Shown: positions 1 to 9,293, numbered from the stretch's first letter. The stretch is 36,463 nt of DNA from a virus (IMGVR_UViG_3300030372_002666:1-36463), one strand, 5' to 3'. Notes: a model not told the origin generated them from the letters alone. Translations and numbers: made by a program.

Positions 1-86
1 GTAGTAATGTCAGCACCAGCTTGTTGCCCAAATAAGCAGTTATAATTCCCCCCACTTGCGATGTCATCTCCAGCTAAATAGCCAAA
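1..86. repeat. Exact 86-bp direct repeat of 34474-34559, with imperfect similarity continuing to ~155 / ~34625
   Basis: Base-by-base comparison: gtagtaatgtcagcaccagc...aaatagccaaa is identical; first mismatch at 87 (t) vs 34560 (a). Confidence 0.95.
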
Positions 87-1802
87 TATTGTATTATATG
101 CACCACTACCACTATTATTAGATAGTGAGATTCTGGAGTTGGCATCTAAAATTAAATAAGGTACATACGCACTTCCATTAGCAAAACTTTGAAATTTTAA
201 TTGCTTAGTAGTACTTCCATCAGCTTCAATTTGCCAAAAGTCACCATTAGCAGTAGCATTATCAGCTACAAGTGCAAGTACAGCATCTCCAGCAGATGTG
301 TCAGTACTTTTTATAGTTAATCTACCTGTAGAACCTTCAATACTTACCGAATTATAAAATGTAGAATTTCCATTAGTATCTATTTTAAGTCTTGTATCAC
401 TAGCTTCTCTAATTGAGAAAGAACCAGCATCATCACTCAATATATTATAAGTAGTACCACTTCCTTCTGATTGTTGTAATGAAAGGTGAGGTTGAGAATC
501 ATTTGACCTAATTATGTCTAAAGATGATGTTGTAGGAACTCCACCGATACCAACTCGACCATTTGCACGAACAGCAAACCTAACATTTCCAGCACTTTCG
601 TCTAATGTAGAGCTATTTGTTTTAATAAATAATGGATAAGATGTATCATTTTCATCTTGAACTCCTATAAATATTCCATTACCATAGTTTGTTGTATTTG
701 TTGGATTGTCTATATGTAAAGCATAATCGGCTGTGGTTTGCTGAATGTGAACTTTAGCTTCTGGACTTTCAACGCCTATTCCGACATTGCCATCCGAAAG
801 TAAAGTCATAACATTAACATCTGCATCTGTGGCATCTGCTACATTTGCATGAGCCAAAGCAATTTGTAAAGATGACCTTGAATGACTTCCAGCGGAATTT
901 TCCCATCTTCCTAATTTAAATTGTGCTTTTTGTCCCCAATATGAATCTCCATCCATAAACATTGTTATAGCTTTAAATTGGTCTACATCAATAGCTCCAT
1001 TATAAGGAGACCTTGTAATTTGAAGTTTACCTGTACTTGCGGCACTACCAATTTGCACGTTACCATCTGAACCTTGAACAAGAAAAGCTGGGTCTAGATT
1101 ATCTGATAATACTCTAAAATCTATATCTTGGCTATCTTGATTAAATATAACTGCTGGAGTAGAGCCAGACGCCATTCTCATATACTCTCGTAAGGTACCA
1201 GCAGTCATAACATCAAATTCTATCTGAGCATCTTCTGAACCATCTGATACATCACCAGTAACTACTTTTATCATAGCACCGACAAAATCCTGACTGTTGT
1301 CATTTCTTCCTTCAAAATCTATTTGACCAAAAACATCTGAGTCTGCTGGAGAGGATGAATTTCTATATAATCTTAAATTCGGCCCTGAATTTGAATCAGC
1401 ATCCGTAGATATAAGTGTTAATGTATCTGTATTGTCAGCAGTTGTAATTGTGGTATTGCTATTTACAGTTAATGTACTAGCCATATCAACTGCACCATCA
1501 ATATCTACTACATCTAAATTGGTAGTACCATCAATGTCTACATTCCCAGAAATATCTAATTCAAGTGCAATTACTTTTGAATTAGTTGTGTCTACTTTAA
1601 AGACATCTGTTCCATCAGCTTTTTCAACTAAAAATGCAGAAGTACTTGTAACCTTTACTTGTGATGTACCTTCTATGATCTCATCAAATGAAAGTGAGCC
1701 ACCACCAGAGACTTGTAAATCACCAGTAACTACTAAATCGCCATCTATTGTACCACCATTGCCAAGATTCTTGACATTGGTTTGTCCCATTGAACCAAAC
1801 AT
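1..1802 (-). CDS. Long fibre protein 1 (3'-truncated by window edge; absent from the ORF track because no stop lies in the window)
   Basis: ATG at 1802-1800 gives MFGSMGQTNVKNLGNGGTIDGDLVVTGDLQVSGGGSLSFDEIIEGTSQVKV..., similar to the N-terminus of 32892..36125. The same frame at the window start reads ...FGQQAGADIT, identical to fibre 2. Frame spot-checked, not every codon read. Confidence 0.85.
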   Translation of the reverse strand, partial: MFGSMGQTNVKNLGNGGTIDGDLVVTGDLQVSGGGSLSFDEIIEGTSQVKVTSTSAFLVEKADGTDVFKVDTTNSKVIALELDISGNVDIDGTTNLDVVDIDGAVDMASTLTVNSNTTITTADNTDTLTLISTDADSNSGPNLRLYRNSSSPADSDVFGQIDFEGRNDNSQDFVGAMIKVVTGDVSDGSEDAQIEFDVMTAGTLREYMRMASGSTPAVIFNQDSQDIDFRVLSDNLDPAFLVQGSDGNVQIGSAASTGKLQITRSPYNGAIDVDQFKAITMFMDGDSYWGQKAQFKLGRWENSAGSHSRSSLQIALAHANVADATDADVNVMTLLSDGNVGIGVESPEAKVHIQQTTADYALHIDNPTNTTNYGNGIFIGVQDENDTSYPLFIKTNSSTLDESAGNVRFAVRANGRVGIGGVPTTSSLDIIRSNDSQPHLSLQQSEGSGTTYNILSDDAGSFSIREASDTRLKIDTNGNSTFYNSVSIEGSTGRLTIKSTDTSAGDAVLALVADNATANGDFWQIEADGSTTKQLKFQSFANGSAYVPYLILDANSRISLSNNSGSGAYNTIFGYLAGDDIASGGNYNCLFGQQAGADIT

Positions 1803-1803
1803 T

Positions 1804-2148
1804 TTAAATCTCTACCATTCTTACTGCACCAGTAGTGGTGCTAGTACTGTTATAATTAAAGTAAACTGTATTACCTAGCCCTCTAGGAACAGTTATAAAA
1901 AATTGTGTGTTTGCTGGTATTAGTAAGTCATTACTAGCATTAACATTAGTTTCAGATGTAGTAAAATTATAATATATCTCTACTACTGAATAAATACCAA
2001 GCGTTGCCGTACTGCTTGCTAATAGTTTATGTGATGTGTTTGCAACATCTGCTGAACTTCCTGCTGTACCTGCTGAAGATACTGTCCAAGTACCACCTGT
2101 TGTTGCGTTAAGTGCTTCCTGTACGGAATGTGTATGTAGGTTTGCCAT
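1804..2148 (-). CDS. Small beta-rich virion protein, putative fibre base/adaptor; paralogue of 36127..>36453
   Basis: Shared motifs ESLNA/EALNA, WTVSSA, NDLLIPA/NDIIIPA, VPRGL/VPLGL, RMVE/RLVE. Both copies stop 1 nt before a fibre start codon. Confidence 0.75.
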   Translation of the reverse strand: MANLHTHSVQEALNATTGGTWTVSSAGTAGSSADVANTSHKLLASSTATLGIYSVVEIYYNFTTSETNVNASNDLLIPANTQFFITVPRGLGNTVYFNYNSTSTTTGAVRMVEI

Positions 2149-2200
2149 TTTTCTTCCTCTCTAAGCTAATGACAAAGCGTGAACGAGATCGTGCTTTATC

Positions 2201-2401
2201 TTATTTTTTTAATTTCTTTTTTAATTTTTTAACTGCTTTTTTTGCAGTGCTAGGTTTCTTGTATAAACTCCAATCAGATTCTCCCATTACTCTTTCATAA
2301 CCTTTTTCTTTTAATGCATCAAGTTTTTCAGGATGTTTTTTTAATATATCTTCTTCAAGTCTTTCAATTTTACCCAAGCTAGGTTTTTTCCAATATTGCA
2401 T
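2201..2401 (-). CDS. Small Lys-rich hypothetical protein downstream of the capsid gene
   Basis: ORF track; GGAG Shine-Dalgarno (SD) upstream; co-oriented with the capsid operon. Confidence 0.7.
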   Translation of the reverse strand: MQYWKKPSLGKIERLEEDILKKHPEKLDALKEKGYERVMGESDWSLYKKPSTAKKAVKKLKKKLKK

Positions 2402-2450
2402 AATATCTCCAAGTGTATGGGGGCAGGGCTAACCATACCCCCAAATATCA

Positions 2451-3347
2451 TTAGTCTACGTTAGTAAACTTAACACCTTTTTTGTTATCAGAATCATCTA
2501 TGATTTTACAACCATATAATAAATCTGCAACAACTTTAGTACCAAGAGCATCAACAGAATATTCTGATTGAACTCTAACTTCCTGTTGTGAAGCGAAAAC
2601 GCATGCACTTTTATGGAATATAGCACCTGATATTGTTGAACTTGTGCCTGCTGTACTTACAGTATTTGACATATATACGTCAATTCCGTAAAGTGAGCCG
2701 ACCATTCCAGAACGAAGTCCTCTGTTACCTTCGCCAACTGCATCATTTCTAATGAAGTATTGAGCGATACCAGCAGAAGGATTTAAAATGTCTGCAAATA
2801 AAGTTGGATTAACAACCATTGCACACTCTCCATCCATATAAGGCACATCTGCCTCACCTAGAGTAGCTAAAGCTGATTCAAAAACTGCGGCAGTCAAAGT
2901 ATCATCAGCAGAAAGAGCTTGAGAGCTATTTAAGCCATCTAACTCTGCCCAAATATCAGCATCTACTTGACGAGCAAGAGCCTCACCCATCATTCTACTG
3001 TATTTTTCTACCAAATCAGCCTCTGATTGAATTAATGCTACATCTTCAAATAACTTTGCGACATATTTGTGTTTATTAATTGCTAACTGAGTTGTTGTGG
3101 TTGCAGTTGCATCATAAGATACATCAGAACCAGCACTTTTATCTGAAGCACTAACAAGACTCATTTCAGGGATGTTGATCGCATCTCCATAGCCTTTTCC
3201 TGCCACCAAAGCAGAATAATCATCTACTAATCCACGAAAGACTGTTTTTCTTTCAAAGAATTTGTAAATCCCATCAGCCCAAATTTCAGGAATAAAATGT
3301 TGATCTGTTGTAGTCGTTACTGGACTACCTTGATAATGTTTAGCCAT
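2451..3347 (-). CDS. Major capsid protein (HK97 fold, P22-coat-like)
   Basis: 298 aa; FIPEIWA..., GYGDAINIP, GSLYGIDVYMSN, DLLYG motifs typical of this coat family; follows a scaffold-like gene. Confidence 0.88.
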   Translation of the reverse strand: MAKHYQGSPVTTTTDQHFIPEIWADGIYKFFERKTVFRGLVDDYSALVAGKGYGDAINIPEMSLVSASDKSAGSDVSYDATATTTTQLAINKHKYVAKLFEDVALIQSEADLVEKYSRMMGEALARQVDADIWAELDGLNSSQALSADDTLTAAVFESALATLGEADVPYMDGECAMVVNPTLFADILNPSAGIAQYFIRNDAVGEGNRGLRSGMVGSLYGIDVYMSNTVSTAGTSSTISGAIFHKSACVFASQQEVRVQSEYSVDALGTKVVADLLYGCKIIDDSDNKKGVKFTNVD

Positions 3348-3352
3348 TTATT

Positions 3353-3859
3353 TTACCTTTTTATATATGACTCTAGTATTGTATTCCAATTCCTTCTTCT
3401 ATTGACAGCATCCATATCAGTCCAATCTGCAATTTTTTCAGTAGGAATAGTTCCTTGCCTATCTGGAGGATTATCCTTTCCTGATTCAATTGCAAATTCT
3501 TCAACAATATCCAAAAGAACTTCTGTTTCAACACTAGAAAATTTTTCTCGTTTAGATTCAGGAAGTTTTGATAAAGCAGTTTCTCTGATCTTAGCATCCA
3601 TATTCTCCCATTTATCCTTATAAGATTTATAGGATTCTACTTCTTTAGTTAGCTCAGTATTAAGCTCTTGCCATTTTTCTTGATCTACTAAATCTGCCCT
3701 TTTCTTTTCTTCCTCTTTTATTTGTAAGGCTTTCATATCATTTCTCAGTTGATTTCTCTCGGAAATAACTTCATTAAGCCTTGATATTGGTACATTGTTT
3801 TCGTCTTGTGTGACGGCTTCCTGTTTTACATCTGTTTCGATGGTCGTTTCTTCAGACAT
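3353..3859 (-). CDS. Capsid scaffolding protein
   Basis: Acidic, coiled-coil-like, VPISRLNEV motif, directly upstream of the capsid gene. Confidence 0.75.
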   Translation of the reverse strand: MSEETTIETDVKQEAVTQDENNVPISRLNEVISERNQLRNDMKALQIKEEEKKRADLVDQEKWQELNTELTKEVESYKSYKDKWENMDAKIRETALSKLPESKREKFSSVETEVLLDIVEEFAIESGKDNPPDRQGTIPTEKIADWTDMDAVNRRRNWNTILESYIKR

Positions 3860-3900
3860 TTTTACCTCTTCAGTGAGTTGTGAAAATGCAAGATTTATCC

Positions 3901-3930
3901 TTGCATTAAAGTAATACCATAATGTAAGTT
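3901..3930 (+). promoter_or_regulatory. Putative sigma70-like promoter for terL
   Basis: TTGCAT-18 nt-TAAGTT; the -35 is one arm of the inverted repeat ATGCAAG-N7-CTTGCAT (3886-3906). Confidence 0.45.
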
Positions 3931-3944
3931 AGTAAAGTAATCTA

Positions 3945-5258
3945 ATGCAAGAAAAAAATTACGAATTTAAGAAAAAATGGTTTGATTATTTAGGTTACAA
4001 ACCACATAAGGGACAAATCCCTCTACATTACCCTGTAAAGTACGATGCAAGGTTTCAAGTTGTGGTATGTGGGAGAAGATTTGGAAAGACTTGGGCGAGT
4101 GCAATGGAGGCTACCTATGTAGCATCCCAACCTAATAAGCGTATATGGGTTGTGGGAATGTCTTATAAGAAAGCACGACTAATATTTCGTGAAATTTGGC
4201 AACGAATGGTTATCGGTCATCCTGATGATATAGATAAAGCATCAGAAAAAGATATGTACATTCGATTTAAGTGGGGAACTATAGTTGAGGGGATGTCTGC
4301 TGATAATCCTTCAAGTTTAGTGGGGGAAGGACTTGATTTACTTGTAATTGATGAAGTTGCTAAAATGAATAAAAAGATTTGGGATATGTATTTATCTCCA
4401 ACTGTAGCAGGTAGAAAAGGAAAGGTTATTTTTATTACTACACCTGAAGGAAGAAATTGGATATATGATTTATTTAAACTTGGAGCTGATGATCCAATGT
4501 GGGAAAGTCATACATCACCATCATGGGTTAATGAGCATGAATTTCCATTAGGTTTAAGTGACCCTGCTATCGTTGAAAGGAAAAGAAATATGTCTAAAGA
4601 GCTTTTTGGTCAGGAGTTCGGAGCAGAATTTTCTGTATTTGAGGGTAAAGTTTGGGATTTTAATAGAGATTTAGACACTGGAGATTTTCCATATGATCCA
4701 AATCTTCCTACATATTGCTCTATTGACTTCGGCTATCGTATGCCAGCAGTTTTATTTCTACAAACCTATTGGGATGGAGATATTGAACATATAAGAGTAT
4801 TTGATTCCATACTACATAAAAAAAATATTAAAACAGAAGATTTAATTAAGATGATTAAAACAAAAGGTTATCCTATTATGTCTTTTTATGGTGATCCAGC
4901 AGGTAGCAATGTTCAAGGACAAAGTGGTGCTGGAGATATGGAAATTTTTAGGCGTAGTGGCATACGGATTCTTTGTGCTAGAGATAGAACAAGTAGGAAT
5001 CTTGTTGCAAGTGTAGCATATGTTAGAGGCTTTTTTGAAAGTGCTGATGGAATTAGGCGTATTCATGTAGATAGTAAATGCAAAGAATTAATAGAGGACT
5101 TTGAGGAGTATAGGTATCCTGAAAGTGAAGATGGCAAACCTATAAAAGAAGAACCATTAAAAGATGGTTATCATGATCACGGCAATGATGCCTTTAGATA
5201 TTTCATAACCAATAGATTTCCAATGAGAAACCAAGAAATGAAGAGGATACAAAGATGA
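3945..5258 (+). CDS. terL: Terminase large subunit
   Basis: Walker A GRRFGKT, Walker B LLVIDE, coupling motif ITTP, nuclease SIDFG and HDHGNDAFRY. Confidence 0.96.
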   Translation: MQEKNYEFKKKWFDYLGYKPHKGQIPLHYPVKYDARFQVVVCGRRFGKTWASAMEATYVASQPNKRIWVVGMSYKKARLIFREIWQRMVIGHPDDIDKASEKDMYIRFKWGTIVEGMSADNPSSLVGEGLDLLVIDEVAKMNKKIWDMYLSPTVAGRKGKVIFITTPEGRNWIYDLFKLGADDPMWESHTSPSWVNEHEFPLGLSDPAIVERKRNMSKELFGQEFGAEFSVFEGKVWDFNRDLDTGDFPYDPNLPTYCSIDFGYRMPAVLFLQTYWDGDIEHIRVFDSILHKKNIKTEDLIKMIKTKGYPIMSFYGDPAGSNVQGQSGAGDMEIFRRSGIRILCARDRTSRNLVASVAYVRGFFESADGIRRIHVDSKCKELIEDFEEYRYPESEDGKPIKEEPLKDGYHDHGNDAFRYFITNRFPMRNQEMKRIQR

Positions 5259-6562
5259 TAAAGAAATTATTAAAAGACAAATTACTTGAAACCAAGTTAC
5301 TGATGTCGCATGAAAGAAGGAAGGAGATAAGAAAACATTTAGATTATTATTCAGGAACATCAACAGAGCAATATGTTAATCAATACTTCAGTGGAGATGC
5401 TTTTTCTGAAATTCCTTCAAGTATGACAAATTTTACAAGAAAGTTTATTAATAAAATAAGTAGAATATATAGCTTAGGTGCAAAAAGAAATATTGGTGAT
5501 ATTTCAGAAAGATATGAGGAGCTAACACCAACAAAAGATGTAAGAATGAAACATTCTGAAAGAATGACTAGACTTATTGGTACTATTGCAAATCGTATAT
5601 ATTGGATGAATGGAGTTTTTGAATACAGACCTATATATTACTTTGAGGCTTACTTTGATGAAAATCCATTTACTCCTAGTGCTATTACATATCCTTTATT
5701 AAATAATACAGCAGATTTATCAGATGCCAATAACTTACAATGGGAGTATTGGGATAATGAAAAGTATGGAATGATGAATGAAGAAGGAGAAGTGATAGAG
5801 GAAGTAGACAATCCTTATGGAATAATACCATTTGTATTTACGCATAGGGAAGATCAAGTAGATTCTTTTTTTGTTGAAGGTGCATCTGACATAATAAATT
5901 GTAACGAACAAGTTAATATTGCATTAACTGAAATGAATCTTGGAATGAGGTTTAATATGTTTGGTCAGCCGTGGGTTACAGGATTAAGAGCAGATCAAAG
6001 TATGTTAAGAGCAGGCTCTAATACTATTTTAGATATGGGAGAAGATGGAGCATATAACATAACAAGTCCAAGTGGAAATATTAAAGAGGCTATTGATAAT
6101 ATTAAATTTCAAATAGAACTTGTAGCATCTAATAATCATTTATGGATGCAATGGGCAGAATCAGGTGGTGAAGTACCTAGTGGCATTTCACTTATGATTA
6201 AAGATATGGAACGAAAAGAAGATTATTATGATGATATTGCACTATGGAGATTGTATGAAAAAGATTTCTATAGAGTAGAGCGTGTTATTGCTGAATATAA
6301 TGGAATTGCTTTACCTGAAGAGTTTGGTGTAGACTTTGAAGAAGTTGAATACCCTAAAACAGTTCAAGATCAAATTCTTAAAGATCAATTTGATATTCAA
6401 AATAATCTTACAACTAGAGCCAAGATAATGGTTAGGGAAAATAAAGACCTGACAGTAGAACAAGCACAAAACATTATAGATAATAATAGGGAAGTTAATG
6501 AGCAAGAAAGCACTCAGTCAATCTTTGAGAAAGTCCGTAAAGAAACTGGACAAGATCAATAA
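5255..6562 (+). CDS. Portal protein (SPP1 gp6-like)
   Basis: 435 aa, overlaps the terL stop; DYYSG, NPYGIIPFV and SGISL motifs. Confidence 0.88.
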   Translation: MIKKLLKDKLLETKLLMSHERRKEIRKHLDYYSGTSTEQYVNQYFSGDAFSEIPSSMTNFTRKFINKISRIYSLGAKRNIGDISERYEELTPTKDVRMKHSERMTRLIGTIANRIYWMNGVFEYRPIYYFEAYFDENPFTPSAITYPLLNNTADLSDANNLQWEYWDNEKYGMMNEEGEVIEEVDNPYGIIPFVFTHREDQVDSFFVEGASDIINCNEQVNIALTEMNLGMRFNMFGQPWVTGLRADQSMLRAGSNTILDMGEDGAYNITSPSGNIKEAIDNIKFQIELVASNNHLWMQWAESGGEVPSGISLMIKDMERKEDYYDDIALWRLYEKDFYRVERVIAEYNGIALPEEFGVDFEEVEYPKTVQDQILKDQFDIQNNLTTRAKIMVRENKDLTVEQAQNIIDNNREVNEQESTQSIFEKVRKETGQDQ

Positions 6563-6725
6563 TATAGAATTTAAATTTACAGGAACTTTAAAAGATGTTA
6601 TGGATGATCCAGTTAAGTGGGCAGAAAAACAAGCAGAAAGAGGTATTCTTGAAAATATAAATAAATATCTTGAGGCAAAAAAGTTAGGAGAGGAGTTTTG
6701 GGGTGAAGTTAAAGATAAAGACTAA
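6498..6725 (+). CDS. Hypothetical protein
   Basis: ORF track; fills the gap between portal and the next gene. Confidence 0.6.
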   Translation: MSKKALSQSLRKSVKKLDKINNIEFKFTGTLKDVMDDPVKWAEKQAERGILENINKYLEAKKLGEEFWGEVKDKD

Positions 6726-7128
6726 TTTTAGTTTTAATAAATTATCTAATCAACTAAATAACCTTATTGATGGATATACGGCTAGTTACGCAAAGGATTC
6801 TGCTGAGGGTAGTAAACAAGCAATTAATGCAGGTTTGACACCAGACTTAGAAGATAGTACAGTTTTAATTAGAAAAAAAAGAACGCAACCTACAAGCCCA
6901 CCATTAAAAGCATCTGGTAAGCTCTATAAAAGCATTAAGCAGAAAAAGAATGCTTTAGAAATGTTATATTATGGCGATTTACATGATAAGGGGTTTAAAA
7001 CTGAACCAGACTCAATGATTCCAAATAAAACAGTACCAGCAAGACCTTTTATTCAAACTACCCTCAAAAATAAGCAAAAAATAGATAAAAAATTTATGCA
7101 AGATATCAACAAAGCATTAAAAAAATAA
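6703..7128 (+). CDS. Virion morphogenesis/tail-completion-like protein
   Basis: PLKASGKLYKSI, YYGDLHDKG and VPARPFI pattern of Mu gpG-like proteins. Confidence 0.65.
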   Translation: MKLKIKTNFSFNKLSNQLNNLIDGYTASYAKDSAEGSKQAINAGLTPDLEDSTVLIRKKRTQPTSPPLKASGKLYKSIKQKKNALEMLYYGDLHDKGFKTEPDSMIPNKTVPARPFIQTTLKNKQKIDKKFMQDINKALKK

Positions 7129-7164
7129 TAAACATTGTATTAAATAAATTACTGGAACTATATT

Positions 7165-7632
7165 ATGGCAAATGGAAGAGATAATTTAGATGAACAGGAT
7201 AGAAGATTATTTACTGCGATTACTTCTCGAATGTCTTACGACTCAAGAATCTTCAATCAAAGAATTAGAAAAGAAATTGATAGGCTTAGAAGAGCTGGGC
7301 TTGATGAACAATCAATTATTAGGGTTCTTAGCCAAGACCTTGAATCCAATGGAAGGATATTCGGAGAACTTAGAAATGCAATTAAATACGGAATTGTGGG
7401 AGGAATTAATCAAGCATTCCGCAGAGCTGGAAAAATGGGGCAAAGCTTAAGATGGGTTGCTATATCTAAAAACCCTTGTGATGACTGTATTAGTGTTGCT
7501 GGTAAGGTTGATACATGGGAAGGATGGGAAAAAAGAGGAATGCCAGGATCAGGTTGGAGTATTTGTAAGGATCATTGCTACTGTCAGTTAGTTCCTGATG
7601 ATATGGATATAGATGACACTATTTTATTATGA
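7165..7632 (+). CDS. Minor head protein (MuF/SPP1 gp7-like C-terminal Cys motif)
   Basis: LRW...CDDC...G...CKDHCYC; located in the head operon. Confidence 0.65.
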   Translation: MANGRDNLDEQDRRLFTAITSRMSYDSRIFNQRIRKEIDRLRRAGLDEQSIIRVLSQDLESNGRIFGELRNAIKYGIVGGINQAFRRAGKMGQSLRWVAISKNPCDDCISVAGKVDTWEGWEKRGMPGSGWSICKDHCYCQLVPDDMDIDDTILL

Positions 7633-7769
7633 GAAAATACAACATATTGCATTGTTTTTGCTTGAATTGTTTTTGGGCATGGGAAGTATTAGCTGTTGGA
7701 GCTGATAGGGAACAGGAATGTCCTGAATGCAAATCTTACGATGTTAAAACTTTTATTAAGAAAGATTAA
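7629..7769 (+). CDS. 46-aa zinc-ribbon protein (below the ORF-track cutoff)
   Basis: MRKYNILHCFCLNCFWAWEVLAVGADREQECPECKSYDVKTFIKKD; CxxC...CxxC; ATGA overlap with the upstream stop. Confidence 0.6.
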   Translation: MRKYNILHCFCLNCFWAWEVLAVGADREQECPECKSYDVKTFIKKD

Positions 7770-8391
7770 GTGCTTTTTCTCTTTTTATTATTTGTTCCTG
7801 CCAAGCCTTTCTTTGTGCTGGGGTTTGCCTTCCTGTTTTTGAGCTTTCAATACCTACGGCTTTTGCTCTTTGCCTCCAACGCCTAGCCTCTCTACGCTTT
7901 TCATTTTTTCTATCTAATTTCTTTTGTTGGCGAGCTGATTCCCCTTTAGTAATTGGTTTATCAGGTATAATAGGTCTTTGAGGTAACACCTCTATATCAT
8001 CAAACTCAACATCCACTACATCTACTTCTTCCATATCCGATACTTGAGAGCTTAAGAACTTTTCAAAAGGACTTTGGTGGTTATTTACCTCTACTCTCTT
8101 AATAAGTTTGCCTGAATGCTCTAAGACTAACCTACCAGCCTGTACATTACCTGCCTCTGCCTCTCTAACCATACTATTTAATACAGTTGGTAGCCTAGAA
8201 CCAAAAGTAACCATATACTTCTGATAGAATACCTCTACAAACTCAGGGTCTTTAAGCCAATTATGTATTGTAGCTCTAGTTACCCCTGCTTTATCTGCAA
8301 CTTCTGTTATTTTAGCCTCAGGGTCATTAACCAAAAGGTCTATAGCAATAGCCATTGAGGGTTTGATCTTTGATGGTATATTAACACTCAT
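7756..8391 (-). CDS. HTH DNA-binding protein, candidate terminase small subunit
   Basis: HTH ITEVADKAGVTRATIHNWLK, then AEAGNVQAGRLVLE helix and a basic C-terminus; adjacent to the large non-coding region. Confidence 0.6.
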   Translation of the reverse strand: MSVNIPSKIKPSMAIAIDLLVNDPEAKITEVADKAGVTRATIHNWLKDPEFVEVFYQKYMVTFGSRLPTVLNSMVREAEAGNVQAGRLVLEHSGKLIKRVEVNNHQSPFEKFLSSQVSDMEEVDVVDVEFDDIEVLPQRPIIPDKPITKGESARQQKKLDRKNEKRREARRWRQRAKAVGIESSKTGRQTPAQRKAWQEQIIKREKALNLS

Positions 8392-8399
8392 TATGGTAT

Positions 8400-8428
8400 A
8401 TTATACGGAACTTACTATTCTTATACAA
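8400..8428 (-). promoter_or_regulatory. sigma70-like promoter for 7756..8391
   Basis: Minus strand TTGTAT-17 nt-TATAAT, 8 nt upstream of the ATG (nearly leaderless). Confidence 0.65.
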
Positions 8429-8527
8429 GGGTTTTGGAACTTCTTTTGGAACTTTTTTTAAAAACAGCCTCTAGGACTTTCCTATGGCGCATTTTATGGG
8501 GAATGCTGTTTAACACCAATAAAGTGG

Positions 8528-8557
8528 AATTTATCACTCCTTAGGGGTCAATGTCAA
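8528..8557 (-). promoter_or_regulatory. Leftward sigma70-like promoter
   Basis: Minus strand TTGACA-18 nt-TAAATT. Confidence 0.45.
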
Positions 8558-8703
8558 GTACTTTTTTAAATATTTTCATAATTTAACAATTTTTAAACAA
8601 GATGCAAGGAAAAAATAAATAAATCTTTTTTATTGTTTTTTAGGTGAGATGGTTGTATATACAAATTAAATTCCATTAAGTCAAGTAAAATATTTTAAGT
8701 TAA

Positions 8704-8718
8704 TGAGAATGAGACTCA
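8704..8718. promoter_or_regulatory. Fur-box-like 7-1-7 palindrome
   Basis: TGAGAAT-G-AGACTCA; same family as the four copies at 10408-10525. Confidence 0.55.
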
Positions 8719-8923
8719 ACAACCTAAAATCTTTCAGAGAGTAAACTCTATAAAATGCCCTTAAAAAGCTATAAAAAAAGTTTTTGATGTCTATATACTA
8801 GTAATTGATTATCTTTAGGATTCAGGTCGATTTTCAGCCATTAAAAGCTATTCTAATTTAATTCATAGATAAAATATAGATATAGAATTAATCTAGTCTC
8901 AATAAGCTAAAATAAATAAAAAA

Positions 8924-8976
8924 ATGTTAAAAAATAACAATTTTTTATTGACATATTAATGTATTCAATATATTTT
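8924..8976 (+). promoter_or_regulatory. Early promoter with upstream TGTTAA..TAACA palindrome
   Basis: ATGTTAA-AAA-ATAACAA (8924-8940), 7 nt gap, then TTGACA(8948)-17-TATTTT. Confidence 0.6.
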
Positions 8977-9012
8977 CATATACATTATTAATTAAAAAAT
9001 GGAGTTTAAAAA

Positions 9013-9291
9013 ATGAAACAAAACTATTTAGTCAAACAAGCTGTAAAGCATTTAGAAAACGCATTTTCTGAAATTAGCGAACTTATTGACATTTTAGATA
9101 ATTCTGATGACATTTTAAATCATATATCGGAAAAAAATAACCTTACTGATAATATACAAATATCAATAGAGAATATTCGATATAATATGGAAGATATTCA
9201 CTATCATATTCAAAATAATATCGATGAAATAAAACAGGATCAGAATTTACCATTATTAAATAAAGTATTAATAACAAAAGGGAGTAAATAA
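9013..9291 (+). CDS. Hypothetical acidic helical protein (first early gene)
   Basis: ORF track; GGAG SD. Confidence 0.7.
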   Translation: MKQNYLVKQAVKHLENAFSEISELIDILDNSDDILNHISEKNNLTDNIQISIENIRYNMEDIHYHIQNNIDEIKQDQNLPLLNKVLITKGSK

Positions 9292-9293
9292 CA

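Noticed and set aside
1-86. Terminal direct repeat proving a complete genome
   Set aside because: The matching copy is ~1.9 kb inside the right end, not at the terminus.
1-155. DGR template/variable repeat pair with 34474-34625
   Set aside because: No reverse transcriptase in the window, both copies are coding, and mismatches are not adenine-specific.
1432-1878. 148-aa plus-strand ORF and other shadow ORFs (2112, 3297, 3373, 4842, 5157, 6311, 7190, 10134, 12114, 12435, 17135, 17191, 18672, 19402, 19449, 19799, 21037, 21039, 21985, 24391, 26683, 29747, 31511, 31581, 35437, 35905)
   Set aside because: Antisense or out-of-frame overlaps of better-supported genes, without recognisable motifs.
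2170-2200. Small hairpin upstream of the base gene (AAAGC..GCTTT)
   Set aside because: Short, imperfect and single-copy in the window; cannot be distinguished from chance.
2418-2445. Terminator after the capsid gene
   Set aside because: A GGGGGTA/TGCCCCC hairpin exists on the minus strand but has no U-tract, so termination cannot be supported.
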